Virus record (IMG/VR): IMGVR_UViG_3300036402_000107
Coordinates: 1 to 56,019 of that record
Length of the DNA: 56,019 nt
Origin: a virus
Lineage: Duplodnaviria > Caudoviricetes
Direction: 5' to 3' (one strand)
A model generated the notes under the pieces. The model ran no database searches. It was not told the origin of the DNA and saw nothing but the letters and a program-made list of their open reading frames with translations. Shown in pieces: positions 26,000 to 35,774 of this stretch. How positions within the stretch are numbered: position 1 is the stretch's first letter; each line of letters begins with the position of its first letter. A program made the position numbers and the translations under genes.

Positions 26000-26658
26000 G
26001 AGTAACACTCCTCAAGCGTCTGCTCGTCAAGAACGATGAGCACTGGTTCCGCAAGGACACGACCCTGCTCGTGCCGCCGCTCGTCGGCGAAGTCCTGTAC
26101 ATCAGGCGTCGCGAGGGCGTCCTTGGCCTCCCCGAGTCCTTCGAGGACACGGTGAGTCCGCTGCTCCGCACCGCCGTGGTCGAGGGCTCGGATCGCCTCG
26201 TGGTCTTCCTCGACTACGTGACCGAGATCTTCGAGTCCGACTACGGCCCGCTAGACCGCTCTTCGCACGAAGCGTGGGGTCACTGGTTCTACTGCTACGG
26301 CTTCGCTCCCACCGAAGAGACCGACCCCATGAAGCTCACGCCGTGGAGCGTCCCCGAGAGCCGTCAGAAGGCGGAAGCACCGAGGCACGCGTCGCCGTGC
26401 TGCGGCATGGAGAGCACCGAGACCGGGCTCGTCGGCACCGCCTACCTGTACACCTGCTACGGCTGCCGCCACATCTGGCACTACGCGGGCGGGCGGAAGG
26501 TCATCGGGACGCCGACCCAGCAGGAACCGGGCGTAAGGCTCTCGGACGCCATGGCACCGCTCGACCCCACGGCACCCCTGCAGTTCGCCGAGCACCCCGA
26601 TGGCTTCCCGGGCACCGACGAGGGCTCGCACTATATGTCCCAGACGAAGCTCCCGTGA
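25996..26658 (+). CDS. Hypothetical protein with Zn-ribbon-like motif
   Basis: ATGA overlap; 'SPCCG...YTCYGC'. Confidence 0.5.
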   Translation: MRVTLLKRLLVKNDEHWFRKDTTLLVPPLVGEVLYIRRREGVLGLPESFEDTVSPLLRTAVVEGSDRLVVFLDYVTEIFESDYGPLDRSSHEAWGHWFYCYGFAPTEETDPMKLTPWSVPESRQKAEAPRHASPCCGMESTETGLVGTAYLYTCYGCRHIWHYAGGRKVIGTPTQQEPGVRLSDAMAPLDPTAPLQFAEHPDGFPGTDEGSHYMSQTKLP

Positions 26659-26936
26659 AACGGCTGCGACCGGTCGCGGGTCAGAGGGGGAGGGCGAGTC
26701 GCGTGGCGTGGCTCGCCCTCTCCGTTTATGGAGGTCCAAGATGACCGAGGTCGCGAAGATAGCAAAGCAGATCTGGGATCGCACGAGTTTCGACGTCAGG
26801 CAGACGATCCTGACGAGCCTGATCGAGTGGCGTCTCTTCAAGCTAGGCTGGGAGGGGCACGTCACCGAAGACTTGCAAGCGTTGTTCACGGTGTACCACG
26901 AAGGGGATAACCCGTTCGACAAGTTGGAGTGGACGC

Positions 26937-27488
26937 ATGGATTCGACGAAGCGAAAGCAACAAGTGACGCCCTCGCAAGAAGGCAAGGCGACGCCGGACT
27001 GGAGCAGGATCGGCCGGAGGAGCAGGAGGAAGGGGAAGAAGTACGAGAACGTGATCGCGGGGTGCCTCCGAGACTGCATGGGTCTGAACTGGCAGACGAC
27101 GCGAAACAGCGGCCGAACCGACTTGAAGGGAGATCTGTACTGTCTCGATCGTCCGGGCTTCGTCGTCGTGGAGTGCAAGGATCGTGACACTTTCCAACCT
27201 CTGTGCATGCTGCAGGAGAATGCGGGGTTCGTCAATGAGCTTGACAAAGTACGCGACGAAACGAAAGGCCAAGGTCGTGTCGTCATCTTCTCGAAAGTCC
27301 GCCTGCTCGGCGACCTCGTCGGCGTCCTCCGCGACCCGGAGGGCAGGACGATCGACGACTTCCTCATCGGCTCGCAGCGGACGGGCATCCACGCGGGGGG
27401 CGTCCTGTGGCGGCTCGTCCGCGACGGCCTCGACTGCGACGAAGCGGAGAGACTCCTCTTCCGTGGCATCGGTGAGTCCGCAGTCTAG
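26937..27488 (+). CDS. PD-(D/E)XK nuclease, Holliday junction resolvase-like
   Basis: 'SRRKGKKYENVIA', 'GDL', 'VVECK'. Confidence 0.75.
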   Translation: MDSTKRKQQVTPSQEGKATPDWSRIGRRSRRKGKKYENVIAGCLRDCMGLNWQTTRNSGRTDLKGDLYCLDRPGFVVVECKDRDTFQPLCMLQENAGFVNELDKVRDETKGQGRVVIFSKVRLLGDLVGVLRDPEGRTIDDFLIGSQRTGIHAGGVLWRLVRDGLDCDEAERLLFRGIGESAV

Positions 27489-27972
27489 CTACGTCGCGTT
27501 GATCCGTCTAGCCCGCGACGGGCACCGCGGGGCGTGGGAGGCGATGGTGGCCCGGCTCACCCCGATGCTGCGGTCTTTGGCCCGTCGCCTTGGCCCGGTC
27601 GGGCACGAGGAGGACGCCGTGCAGGAAGCCCTGCTACGCGTCGTGCAGCAGATCGGGCGGGTCGATCTCGGCCGCGAGTCCACGGCCCGCACCTTCATCA
27701 TGAACGCGGGCGTGTTCGCGATCCGCACCTTCAACACCAAGATCATGAGGGAGAACCGACGCGACAAGCTGAAGACACACCGCACCGGCGTCGTCCAAGA
27801 CCCCGACCTCGCCGACTTCCCGCCCGTCCTGTCGCTATACTTCCGCTACATCATGGAGCACGGCACGATTCTCGGTGCCCACAAGAGCGTCGGCGACGAG
27901 TTGGGGATTCACAAGGCGTCCGCGTTCCGCCGCTTCCATCAAGAGGCGAAGACTTTCATGGAGGGACTGTGA
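27472..27972 (+). CDS. ECF-like RNA polymerase sigma factor
   Basis: 'LIRLARDGHRGAWEAMV', 'EDAVQEALL', 'TFIMN...', C-terminal 'ELGIHKASAFRR' HTH. Start uncertain. Confidence 0.7.
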   Translation: MSPQSSYVALIRLARDGHRGAWEAMVARLTPMLRSLARRLGPVGHEEDAVQEALLRVVQQIGRVDLGRESTARTFIMNAGVFAIRTFNTKIMRENRRDKLKTHRTGVVQDPDLADFPPVLSLYFRYIMEHGTILGAHKSVGDELGIHKASAFRRFHQEAKTFMEGL

Positions 27973-30311
27973 GAAGAGTAATCGTCGTCGGCGACATGCC
28001 GCAACCAGACCAGCAGCTGCAAGCCATCATGAAGGAGGTCTCCCCCGACTGTCTGTACTGGCACGTCAACGAGGTGGAGAAGTTCAAGCCGGTGACGGGC
28101 GACCTCATGGTGCCGCTCGGCAAGGCCGCGATCGAGACCGTGCTCCGCGTCGACAAGGCCAAGGTAGATGATCTCGTCGGGCAGCAGTACGACGCCAAGG
28201 TCGAGGGGGCGGACGTCAAGGTCATCTGCCAGTACCACCCCGGTTACCTCGCGAGGATGCAGGAGAAGAAGGGCGGAGCGACCGAGCGGGCGGTCAAAGC
28301 GTGGTTCGACGTGTGGGACACCGTGCAGGAGGTCTCCACGGGCGAGGAGGTCAAGATCCCTGAGGTGCTCGTCCTCACCGAGTACGAAGACGTCGTGGCG
28401 TGGCTGGAGTACCTGCGTGACACCGACCACGTGATCGGCTACGACTACGAGACTTGGGGCGTGAACCAGAGCGGGGAGAACACCGCACTCCGGCCGGAAC
28501 TGTGCACCGAGTTCGAGATCCTCACCATCGGCTGTGCCGTCGTCAGGGAAGACGGCACGTGGGACGCCTTCAGCTTCCCCTTCGACTGGCACAGGGAGGA
28601 CGGCACGTGGTACTGGACGGAGGAGCAGCAGCAGGTGATCGCCGACCTGTGGTTCGGGATCTACCTCGGCAAGAGGTCGATCGCTCACTTCTGCAAGTAC
28701 GAGCACAAGTGCAACCTCAAGCGGTTCGGCAGGACGAACGTCTCGCTCATGGACACGATGCTGGAGGACGACACCTACAACGAAGTGAACGACCACAAGC
28801 TTCACCGCGTCGGTGCCCGAATGGGTCTGCGGTGGATGCGGTACAAGAGCCTGAGCGACAAGACCCGCAAGAACCCGAAAGAAGCACCGCTGGACAAACT
28901 GCTGGAGTACAACGCCCTCGACGCCCTCTGCACGATCCTCTCGCACGTCAAGCTCGACGAACTCCTCAGCGAGCAGCAGCTCGACGGCGTGGCCCGGATG
29001 GAAGAGAGCTTCTGCTACTACCTCGCCAAGCTCGAGATGAACGGCATGCAGGTGGACGCGAACGAAGCGTCGATCGTCCGTGCCGAGCTTCGCGACGTCG
29101 AGATCCCCAAGCTGCAGCACGAGTTCAGCACCCTGCCCGAGATCCAGAAGGTGGAGCGGTGGGCACTCCGCACCATGAAGAAGTACCAGACCAAGGCGTA
29201 TCAGGAGGGACGCAAGCAGGTCGTCTTCTCCCCGAAGTCGCCGCCCATGATGAAGTACCTGTGCATGGACGTGCTGAAGCTGCCGATTCAGGAAGTCAAA
29301 GTCAACGGCAAGTACACTCTGAAGTTCGACAAGCGGACGCTCGAGCCATACGAGGAGGACGTCCCCGTCCTGACGCACCTCGTCAACCTTCGCCGCACGT
29401 CGGCGATGCTGACGGGCTTCCTCGACAAGTGGGAAGCCTTCGTCGACTCGCACGGCAAGGTGCACAGCCAGTACAACCAAGGCAAGGTCGTCACCGGCCG
29501 TCTCTCTTCGACCGACCCGCCCCAGCAGAACATACCCAAGAAGCACCGGGTGCGGAAGGTCTACGTCAGCCGGTACAAGGACGGCTGGCTCGTTAACGTC
29601 GACGTCAAGCAGCAAGAACCCCGCTTGCTCGCCGGATGGTCGAAGGACGAGAAGATGATCGAGGCGATCAACGGTGGGTACGACCTCCACGGCTTCGTGG
29701 CCAGCGAGATCTACGGCGTGCCCTACCTCGCCGACCAGACCGAGCACCGCGAGATCGGGAAGCGGATGAATCTCGGCATGATGTACGGGCAGACCGAGTA
29801 CGGGCTCGCCGCCAAGACCGGGATGACCGTCGAGGCAGCGGTGCGTCTCCTGAAGCTGTACGATCGCCGCTTCCCCCGGATCGCCAAGCAGCGTCAGGAG
29901 TGGCAGGCTTTCGCCGCCAAGCACGGCTACGCCGAAGACCTGTTTGGCCGTCGCCGCCACCTCCCCGACGCCCTCTCGAAGGACAAGTGGCTGCGGGAGC
30001 GGGCACTCCGCCAAGCCTGCAACTACCCGATCCAGCGTACCGCCCTCGTCTTCACGATGGTCTCGATGGGCGTGGCGATGCAGACCATCGAAGACGAGGG
30101 GCTCGAAGACGCGATGTGCGTCTGCGGCACCGTGCACGACTCGATCATCGGGGACGCCGCCGACGCCAAGTACCGCAAACGGCTGCAAGAGATCTTGGTG
30201 TACGGCGTGGAGATCCATAACAAGGCCGAGTACTGGAAGGACAGCGGCGTGCCCATGAAGGCGGACGTCGAGTGGGGGCGGAACCTCTACCAGCTGGAGA
30301 AGGCCGCATGA
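27969..30311 (+). CDS. polA: Family A DNA polymerase with 3'-5' exonuclease and N-terminal UDG-like domain
   Basis: ExoI 'DYET', ExoIII 'YNALD', 'TGRLSSTDPPQQNIP', motif A 'DVKQQEPR', motif B 'REIGKRMNLGMMYG', motif C 'VHDS'. N-terminal 'LGKAA...YHPGYLAR'. Confidence 0.92.
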   Translation: MRRVIVVGDMPQPDQQLQAIMKEVSPDCLYWHVNEVEKFKPVTGDLMVPLGKAAIETVLRVDKAKVDDLVGQQYDAKVEGADVKVICQYHPGYLARMQEKKGGATERAVKAWFDVWDTVQEVSTGEEVKIPEVLVLTEYEDVVAWLEYLRDTDHVIGYDYETWGVNQSGENTALRPELCTEFEILTIGCAVVREDGTWDAFSFPFDWHREDGTWYWTEEQQQVIADLWFGIYLGKRSIAHFCKYEHKCNLKRFGRTNVSLMDTMLEDDTYNEVNDHKLHRVGARMGLRWMRYKSLSDKTRKNPKEAPLDKLLEYNALDALCTILSHVKLDELLSEQQLDGVARMEESFCYYLAKLEMNGMQVDANEASIVRAELRDVEIPKLQHEFSTLPEIQKVERWALRTMKKYQTKAYQEGRKQVVFSPKSPPMMKYLCMDVLKLPIQEVKVNGKYTLKFDKRTLEPYEEDVPVLTHLVNLRRTSAMLTGFLDKWEAFVDSHGKVHSQYNQGKVVTGRLSSTDPPQQNIPKKHRVRKVYVSRYKDGWLVNVDVKQQEPRLLAGWSKDEKMIEAINGGYDLHGFVASEIYGVPYLADQTEHREIGKRMNLGMMYGQTEYGLAAKTGMTVEAAVRLLKLYDRRFPRIAKQRQEWQAFAAKHGYAEDLFGRRRHLPDALSKDKWLRERALRQACNYPIQRTALVFTMVSMGVAMQTIEDEGLEDAMCVCGTVHDSIIGDAADAKYRKRLQEILVYGVEIHNKAEYWKDSGVPMKADVEWGRNLYQLEKAA

Positions 30312-30553
30312 AACGGATCATCGGGCTGCGGACGAGAGACCTTGCTACGTTGATGGCCGCTCTCAGCGATGCTGTGCGTGACCGCGAGGGGCTGGTCGAA
30401 GCTTACACGGTCACCGACTACGGGACGAGGAGGGAGTCTCTTGACCGGGGCAGTGCTCACGCCGTTCAGGGGGCGAAAGGGGCGATCAAGAGATACGTGC
30501 GTCTTCGCTCGATGATCGCTCAGGAGCTTCGCCTAAGGAGGAACCAAGAGTGA
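30308..30553 (+). CDS. Hypothetical protein
   Basis: ATGA overlap with the polymerase stop. Confidence 0.45.
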   Translation: MKRIIGLRTRDLATLMAALSDAVRDREGLVEAYTVTDYGTRRESLDRGSAHAVQGAKGAIKRYVRLRSMIAQELRLRRNQE

Positions 30554-30788
30554 ATGCAGGAAGGCAGAAGCTCATCGAGCGGACGTGCGGCCTCCTGCAC
30601 GTCTGCCTCGAGCCTCACCAGCAGGAGAAGGACGTCGAGCGGATCTTGCGGACGTGCTCGACCGACCTCGAGATGTGGGGCATCGGCGAGGACGAGATCA
30701 TTGAACAAGACCCCGATGCGTGGCTCTGCCTGCTACTGGGCGTGGAACGAGCGGAGCATCTCGGGGGTCATGACGGAGGAGACAGACT

Positions 30789-31994
30789 ATGGCACTCAGC
30801 CCCAAAGCAAGAGCAGCAGCCAGCAGCGAACTTTCGTACACCGGAGCGGCACAGTCCTACGACGTCCCGCTCCGCAACAGTTCGCCTCTGGCTAAGGACG
30901 TCGCCCGCGTGGCCAAGCAGGTAGCCGACGACTGGCACCGGGAGAACCCCAACGCCAAGCGTCCGGCGATGGTGCAGGTGACTGATGCCCTCATGAAGAA
31001 CGCCGCCGACAAGCTCGGTCTCGAGCACGGCGTCCCTCAACTGGGCAACCACACCTTGGCGAAGCCGACCCTTGCCTCCCTCTTCGAGCCCGCGAAGCCG
31101 GGCGAGCGTCCCGACCCCCTTGCCTCTTGGAACAGGGCACGCAACGCCAGCTTCAACGGCAAGCCAGCCGTCTCCGTGCAGCCCGAGGATCAGGCATTCT
31201 ACAGCACCGAGGCCGACCCAAAGGGCACCGCTTACGCGGTCGGCAGTCTCGATCAGGACAGACTCCCGGGCTTCGGTGCAGGCCCATTCAAACAACTACA
31301 GGACGCCTTGGAATGCGTTGGACACGAGGGCGAAGCTGTGTGGCGTATCGTCCCCGGTCAGGAACCTTCAGTTATCGACGTGTGGGTTGGTGCCCGTGAG
31401 ATCAGGGGCGAGCGTTTCGTCCCGGGATGGGCTGTCAATCAAGCACGCGAGGAGTGTCATGTTATCATGGCTAAAGCAGCAGCCCCCAAGAAGAACTTCG
31501 GAGCAACAGCGGCGACGGCGTCCGCACCGACGCGACCCCCTGCGTCACCGCCTGCCCGCCCCCAACGGCAGGCGGCACCGGTGACGGAGGAAGACTTCAA
31601 GCCTTCCGACAACGACCCGCAGGACGACGACGTCAGCGGTGCGGAGGACGACGCCCCCGAGCAGGAGGCCCCCGCCGCCCCCGCCGTCCCCGCCAAGACG
31701 GCCAAGAAGCGTCCGACCGGCTCGGCACCCGCCGTGCAGGAGGGCGAGACGCTGGACGACCTCAAGCGTCGGGCGGGGGCTCCGGGCAACGGCCAGCAGG
31801 TCTTCGTCTCGGTCGGCAAGACCATCAACATAGGCGACTATGAGTCGGTGCGGATCGACGTCGGCATCTGCCGCCCGGTGGAGGACGGCCAGACCCGCGA
31901 GGAGGTCACCAACGAGGTGATCGACGAGGTCTTCGCCACCATCAACAACCTGAAGACCGACGTGCTCGCAGCCGTCGAGAGCGGAGGGTTCTAG
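30789..31994 (+). CDS. Hypothetical protein; possible internal start at 31467
   Basis: GGAG SD; C-terminal 'KTINIGDYESVRID'; Pro/Ala/acidic linker. Confidence 0.55.
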   Translation: MALSPKARAAASSELSYTGAAQSYDVPLRNSSPLAKDVARVAKQVADDWHRENPNAKRPAMVQVTDALMKNAADKLGLEHGVPQLGNHTLAKPTLASLFEPAKPGERPDPLASWNRARNASFNGKPAVSVQPEDQAFYSTEADPKGTAYAVGSLDQDRLPGFGAGPFKQLQDALECVGHEGEAVWRIVPGQEPSVIDVWVGAREIRGERFVPGWAVNQAREECHVIMAKAAAPKKNFGATAATASAPTRPPASPPARPQRQAAPVTEEDFKPSDNDPQDDDVSGAEDDAPEQEAPAAPAVPAKTAKKRPTGSAPAVQEGETLDDLKRRAGAPGNGQQVFVSVGKTINIGDYESVRIDVGICRPVEDGQTREEVTNEVIDEVFATINNLKTDVLAAVESGGF

Positions 31995-31996
31995 CC

Positions 31997-32443
31997 ATGG
32001 ATCAACGGCAGTATGACAGCATCGTCTCCGACCTCGCCCCCGACCTCGCGATCTCCCGCGACAACGTGAGCGAGGCGATGATGAACCAGCCCGAGAAGTA
32101 CGTGCACTACGCACTCGCCTACCAGCGGGCTGTGAAGCACTGCAAGCTTCTTGAGTTCAGGCTCGAGGAGGTCGAGGCCAGCATCGACCGCTGGCTCGTG
32201 AAGCGGTTCAACAAGGTGACGGAGAAGATGCTGCGTACTGCCTGCCTGACCCGGGACAACTACAAGCAGATGAAGCGTGAGCTGATCGACGCGGAAGACC
32301 GCCGAGATTCGCTCGAGTCGATCGTCAGAGCGATGGAGCACCGAAAGGACATGCTAGTCAACTTCGGTGCCACCGTCCGCGAAGAGATCCGCCTGACGTC
32401 GGGCGGTGACCACGTGAACAAGACTAGCAGCAGGAACAGGTAA
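31997..32443 (+). CDS. UvsY-like recombination mediator (putative)
   Basis: Helical 'LAISRDNVSEAMMNQPEKY..Y', 'KVTEKM', 'RAMEHRKDML'; sits next to the SSB gene. Confidence 0.5.
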   Translation: MDQRQYDSIVSDLAPDLAISRDNVSEAMMNQPEKYVHYALAYQRAVKHCKLLEFRLEEVEASIDRWLVKRFNKVTEKMLRTACLTRDNYKQMKRELIDAEDRRDSLESIVRAMEHRKDMLVNFGATVREEIRLTSGGDHVNKTSSRNR

Positions 32444-32447
32444 GACT

Positions 32448-33389
32448 ATGGCACTCAATCGTGAAAAGTTGCAGCAGGACATGGAGAAGAGCAAGAGCGA
32501 GCGTGGCGGCTCGGGCATCAACTTCGTGGGCAAGGGCACGCTTGTGCTCCGCGTCCTCGAGTTCACGGATCAGGACGGCGACCAGCAGTTCGCCCGCAAG
32601 GTCGTCAAGTGGGGCAGCACCGGGGCGGGCAACAAGCGGAAGGATCTGTGCGTGCACCGCTCGGCGACGTTCGGTGAGGACGTGCCCGACGCCGTGCAAG
32701 CCTACGGCGACCTCCTCGCCTCCCGTGGGCAGGACTCGCCCTACACCGCCCGCAAGCAGTACTTCGTCAACGGCATCGACGTCAACGCCAAGCAGAAGAA
32801 AGTCGAAATCTGGGGTCTGCCCACGAGCGTCTGGGAGCAGATCAGCGTGGTCGCCATCAATGAGCAGTGGTCTGACGTGCTCGAGCCGGAGACCGGGCAC
32901 GCGTTCGTGATTGTCGGCACCGGCGACGGGCTGGATCGCGAGTACACCGTCACCGTCGATCGCAACCCGTGGCCTGTCAGTGCGGAGCTGATGCAGCAGG
33001 TCATCGACCCGCTCGAGAAGGCCGTCGACGTCGGGCTCGAGGCCCAGTGCCGCCTGCTCGGCGTCAGCATGGAGGAGATCTTCCCGGACGGCGTGGAGTT
33101 GGAGAACGTCGACAGCATGACTGGCCCGCCCCCCGCCGCCGAGACCCCCGCCCCGCCGCCCCCGACCCGCTCGACACCCCCCGCCACGACCCGGACGGCC
33201 CCCGCTGCGGGGGGTGCACCGGCCCGGCAGGCTCAGGGAGGTACTTCCCGGGCAGCGGGAGGCCCTCCGGCACCCCGACCCCTGCCGCCACCTTCCCGGA
33301 CGGCCCCGACGCCTCCCGTGGCCCCCGGGAACAAACCGGCAGCGTCCGGCGGTCTCATCCGAGGTCTGGCCCGGGGAGCGGGTCGGTAA
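32448..33389 (+). CDS. Single-stranded DNA-binding protein (gp32-like) with Pro-rich tail
   Basis: 'LRVL', 'KQYFVNGID', 'GHAFVIVGTGDGLDREYTV'. Confidence 0.6.
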   Translation: MALNREKLQQDMEKSKSERGGSGINFVGKGTLVLRVLEFTDQDGDQQFARKVVKWGSTGAGNKRKDLCVHRSATFGEDVPDAVQAYGDLLASRGQDSPYTARKQYFVNGIDVNAKQKKVEIWGLPTSVWEQISVVAINEQWSDVLEPETGHAFVIVGTGDGLDREYTVTVDRNPWPVSAELMQQVIDPLEKAVDVGLEAQCRLLGVSMEEIFPDGVELENVDSMTGPPPAAETPAPPPPTRSTPPATTRTAPAAGGAPARQAQGGTSRAAGGPPAPRPLPPPSRTAPTPPVAPGNKPAASGGLIRGLARGAGR

Positions 33390-33487
33390 ACGAGATCGTG
33401 TAACGACAGTACCCACCTGAGGGTTATAGAGACGGGCGGAGGTACAGCGGTGAGTTGCCGTTGCCTCCGCCCCTTTTGTTCGGGAGG

Positions 33488-34585
33488 ATGACCTTGATCA
33501 AGCGGAACAAAGCTAACGTGATTATCGACGGCCAGTGGGGCAGCACCGGGAAGGGTCTGCTCGCTGGCTACCTTTACGACCGGTACCCCAGCATCCTCGC
33601 TGGCGTCTGCGACTTCATGCCGAACGCGGGTCACACCGTGCACCTTCCCAACGGCACGGTCTTCGTCTCGCGGCACGTGCCGATCGCTGCGGCCTACGGG
33701 CGGATGGCCTTCATCGGCCCCCACGCCGCGATCGACATGAACACGCTGAAGAACGAGATGCGGCATCTGCGGGACTGCCGCTCCGAACCGGGCGAGGTGT
33801 ACGTGCACCCGCTCGCCTCCGTGATCTCCCCGGACGACCTGACGGCCGAGCGGATCATCTTGGGGCGGATCGCCAGCACGCAGAAGGGTGGTCACGCCTC
33901 GACGGCCCGCAAGACGATGAGGACGAAGGACGCGTCGATCGCCGGTGACTACAAGACGGCCCTCCGCGAGATCGGCGTGAACGTCGCCGACACGCACGAA
34001 TGCGTGCAGCGGACGCTGGCCCACGGCGGGACGGTGTTGATCGAGACGGCACAGGGCTTCGATCTCGGGTTGAACCACGGCAAGGAGTGGCCCTACGTCA
34101 CGGGCCGCGACTGCCTCGTGGGTCGGGCACTCGACAACGCGGGCGTCCCGATCCGCGACTGCGGCAGCGTCATCGGCTGCATGCGTACCTTCCCCATCCG
34201 CGTCGGCAACACCGACAACGGGAACAGTGGCCCGCACTACGAAGACCAGCGGGAGCTGACGTGGGAGCAGGTCTCCGAGATCGCGGGCGAGAAGATCGAG
34301 GAGCGGACGACCGTCACCAACCGCGTCCGTCGCGTCTTCACCTTCAGCGATACGCAGGCTCGTCGCTTCTTTACGTTCGTCCGCCCCGACTACCTGTTCC
34401 TCAACTTCTGGAACCAGACCAACGCCGAGCCTCAGGGCGAGCGGAGCAAGCGTCTCTGGCACATCAAGGCACTGGCGGCTCACCACGGCTGCCAGCTCCG
34501 CCTGATCGGCACCGGCCCGAAGTCCGGCGACGTGATCGACCTCGAAGACCCGACCGCCTCACAGATTGGAGTGCTGCACCTTTGA
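33488..34585 (+). CDS. purZ: PurZ, N6-succino-2-amino-2'-deoxyadenylate synthase (PurA paralog)
   Basis: 'DGQWGSTGKG' (Ser at the PurA catalytic Asp of GDEGKG), 'PNAGHT', 'IETAQGFDL', 'RTFPIRVG', 'TTVTNRVRRVF', and 'NFWNQ' replacing the PurA 'TKLD' GTP motif. Confidence 0.88.
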   Translation: MTLIKRNKANVIIDGQWGSTGKGLLAGYLYDRYPSILAGVCDFMPNAGHTVHLPNGTVFVSRHVPIAAAYGRMAFIGPHAAIDMNTLKNEMRHLRDCRSEPGEVYVHPLASVISPDDLTAERIILGRIASTQKGGHASTARKTMRTKDASIAGDYKTALREIGVNVADTHECVQRTLAHGGTVLIETAQGFDLGLNHGKEWPYVTGRDCLVGRALDNAGVPIRDCGSVIGCMRTFPIRVGNTDNGNSGPHYEDQRELTWEQVSEIAGEKIEERTTVTNRVRRVFTFSDTQARRFFTFVRPDYLFLNFWNQTNAEPQGERSKRLWHIKALAAHHGCQLRLIGTGPKSGDVIDLEDPTASQIGVLHL

Positions 34586-35124
34586 CACTCGTCTCCTACA
34601 TCGGTTCCGTGGGTTCGGGCAAGACGACCCGCGTGAAGGACTACCCCAAGAAGGAAGGGCGTGGGGACGGCTGCATCCTCTTCATGCCCGGTCAGATCCT
34701 CCGGGCTGCGATCGGCCCGGGGTTCTTTGCGACGGAGGACGGAAACGCACCGCGTGTCTGCGATGAGTTCGTGTTCGGGCAGTGGCTGCAGCACTTCGAG
34801 TTTGCCCGGAAGACGGGGGCGGTGACGGTCGTCTCGGACGGCTGGCCGCGAACCGCCCTGCAGGCTGCAGCCCTCGTGCAGTGGCTCCACCGGAGCGGGA
34901 ACCGCATCACCGTCTACCCGCACCACCTGATCTGCTCGGAGGACGAGTGGGAGCGTCGTCTCAAGGGAGACCGTTGGCTGCAGAACCCCGAGCTGGAGGC
35001 GATCGACCGCCGACGTTACGCACAGAGCATCGAGGACTCGCTCGGCTCGATCTCTGTGCTCCGCTCCACCGGCGAACCCTTCGTCAAGGCCGTACAGATT
35101 CACATGGAGAACGCACCCCAATGA
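34582..35124 (+). CDS. Nucleoside monophosphate kinase (adenylate kinase-like)
   Basis: P-loop 'GSVGSGKTT', 'DGWPRT..QA'; TTG start overlaps the purZ stop. Confidence 0.75.
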   Translation: MTLVSYIGSVGSGKTTRVKDYPKKEGRGDGCILFMPGQILRAAIGPGFFATEDGNAPRVCDEFVFGQWLQHFEFARKTGAVTVVSDGWPRTALQAAALVQWLHRSGNRITVYPHHLICSEDEWERRLKGDRWLQNPELEAIDRRRYAQSIEDSLGSISVLRSTGEPFVKAVQIHMENAPQ

Positions 35125-35774
35125 AGACCGTTCAAGAGATCATCTCAACGCTCGCGAGATCCGTGCAGACCATGAACGGTCGGCACGGCTCGTCTCACGC
35201 CGTGACCGCTCAACTCGAGTTTGAAGAGAGCATGCTGGAACTCTTCAGGGCTAGGAACGGTGACGCCGAGTTTCGCGAGCCGATGCAGGTCATGTACCGC
35301 GACGATCTGGTGCGGACGCTGGCACCGCTGAAGCACGCCAAGCCGGGCGATTGCGGCTTCGACCTCGCCTACGCCCCCGAGAACTCGAGCGGGTCGGGGT
35401 CTTCCGCCGCGATGCTCCCCATCCGCATCCTGCCCGGCACTTTCAAGCTCATCCCCACCGGCGTCTACGTCAAGATCCCCGATGGCTACTTCGGCCTGCT
35501 CTGCGGTCGCTCCTCGACTTTCGGGAAGCGTGGCCTCTTCGTGGTCGAGTCCCGCATCGACAGCGGGTACACCGGCGAGCTGTTCGTGAAGCTCTGGCAC
35601 CCCGCTGTCTCCGGGGGCGACTTCGAGCAGCCGGTCGTCCCCGCCGTCATCGAGCCTTGGCAACGCGTGGCTCAGCTTGTGTTGATCCCCTTCAACTCGC
35701 CCCTTCTGGAGATCGTCGATGCCCTCCCCGCAACGCAACGAGGAAACACGGGTTTCGGCTCAAGCGGAGTTTGA
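35121..35774 (+). CDS. dut: Trimeric dUTPase-fold pyrophosphatase with N-terminal extension
   Basis: Motifs 'GFDL', 'GRSS', 'IDSGYTGE', 'RVAQLV', 'RGNTGFGSSG'. Confidence 0.85.
   Translation: MKTVQEIISTLARSVQTMNGRHGSSHAVTAQLEFEESMLELFRARNGDAEFREPMQVMYRDDLVRTLAPLKHAKPGDCGFDLAYAPENSSGSGSSAAMLPIRILPGTFKLIPTGVYVKIPDGYFGLLCGRSSTFGKRGLFVVESRIDSGYTGELFVKLWHPAVSGGDFEQPVVPAVIEPWQRVAQLVLIPFNSPLLEIVDALPATQRGNTGFGSSGV

Noticed and set aside
27939-30218. Long minus-strand ORFs (759 aa here; also 8301-9713, 10369-11712, 49939-51414)
   Set aside because: Antisense shadows of high-GC3 genes with no motifs or SD.
33488-34585. Ordinary adenylosuccinate synthetase (purA)
   Set aside because: Has GSTGKG instead of GDEGKG and NFWNQ instead of TKLD, which are PurZ-type residues.
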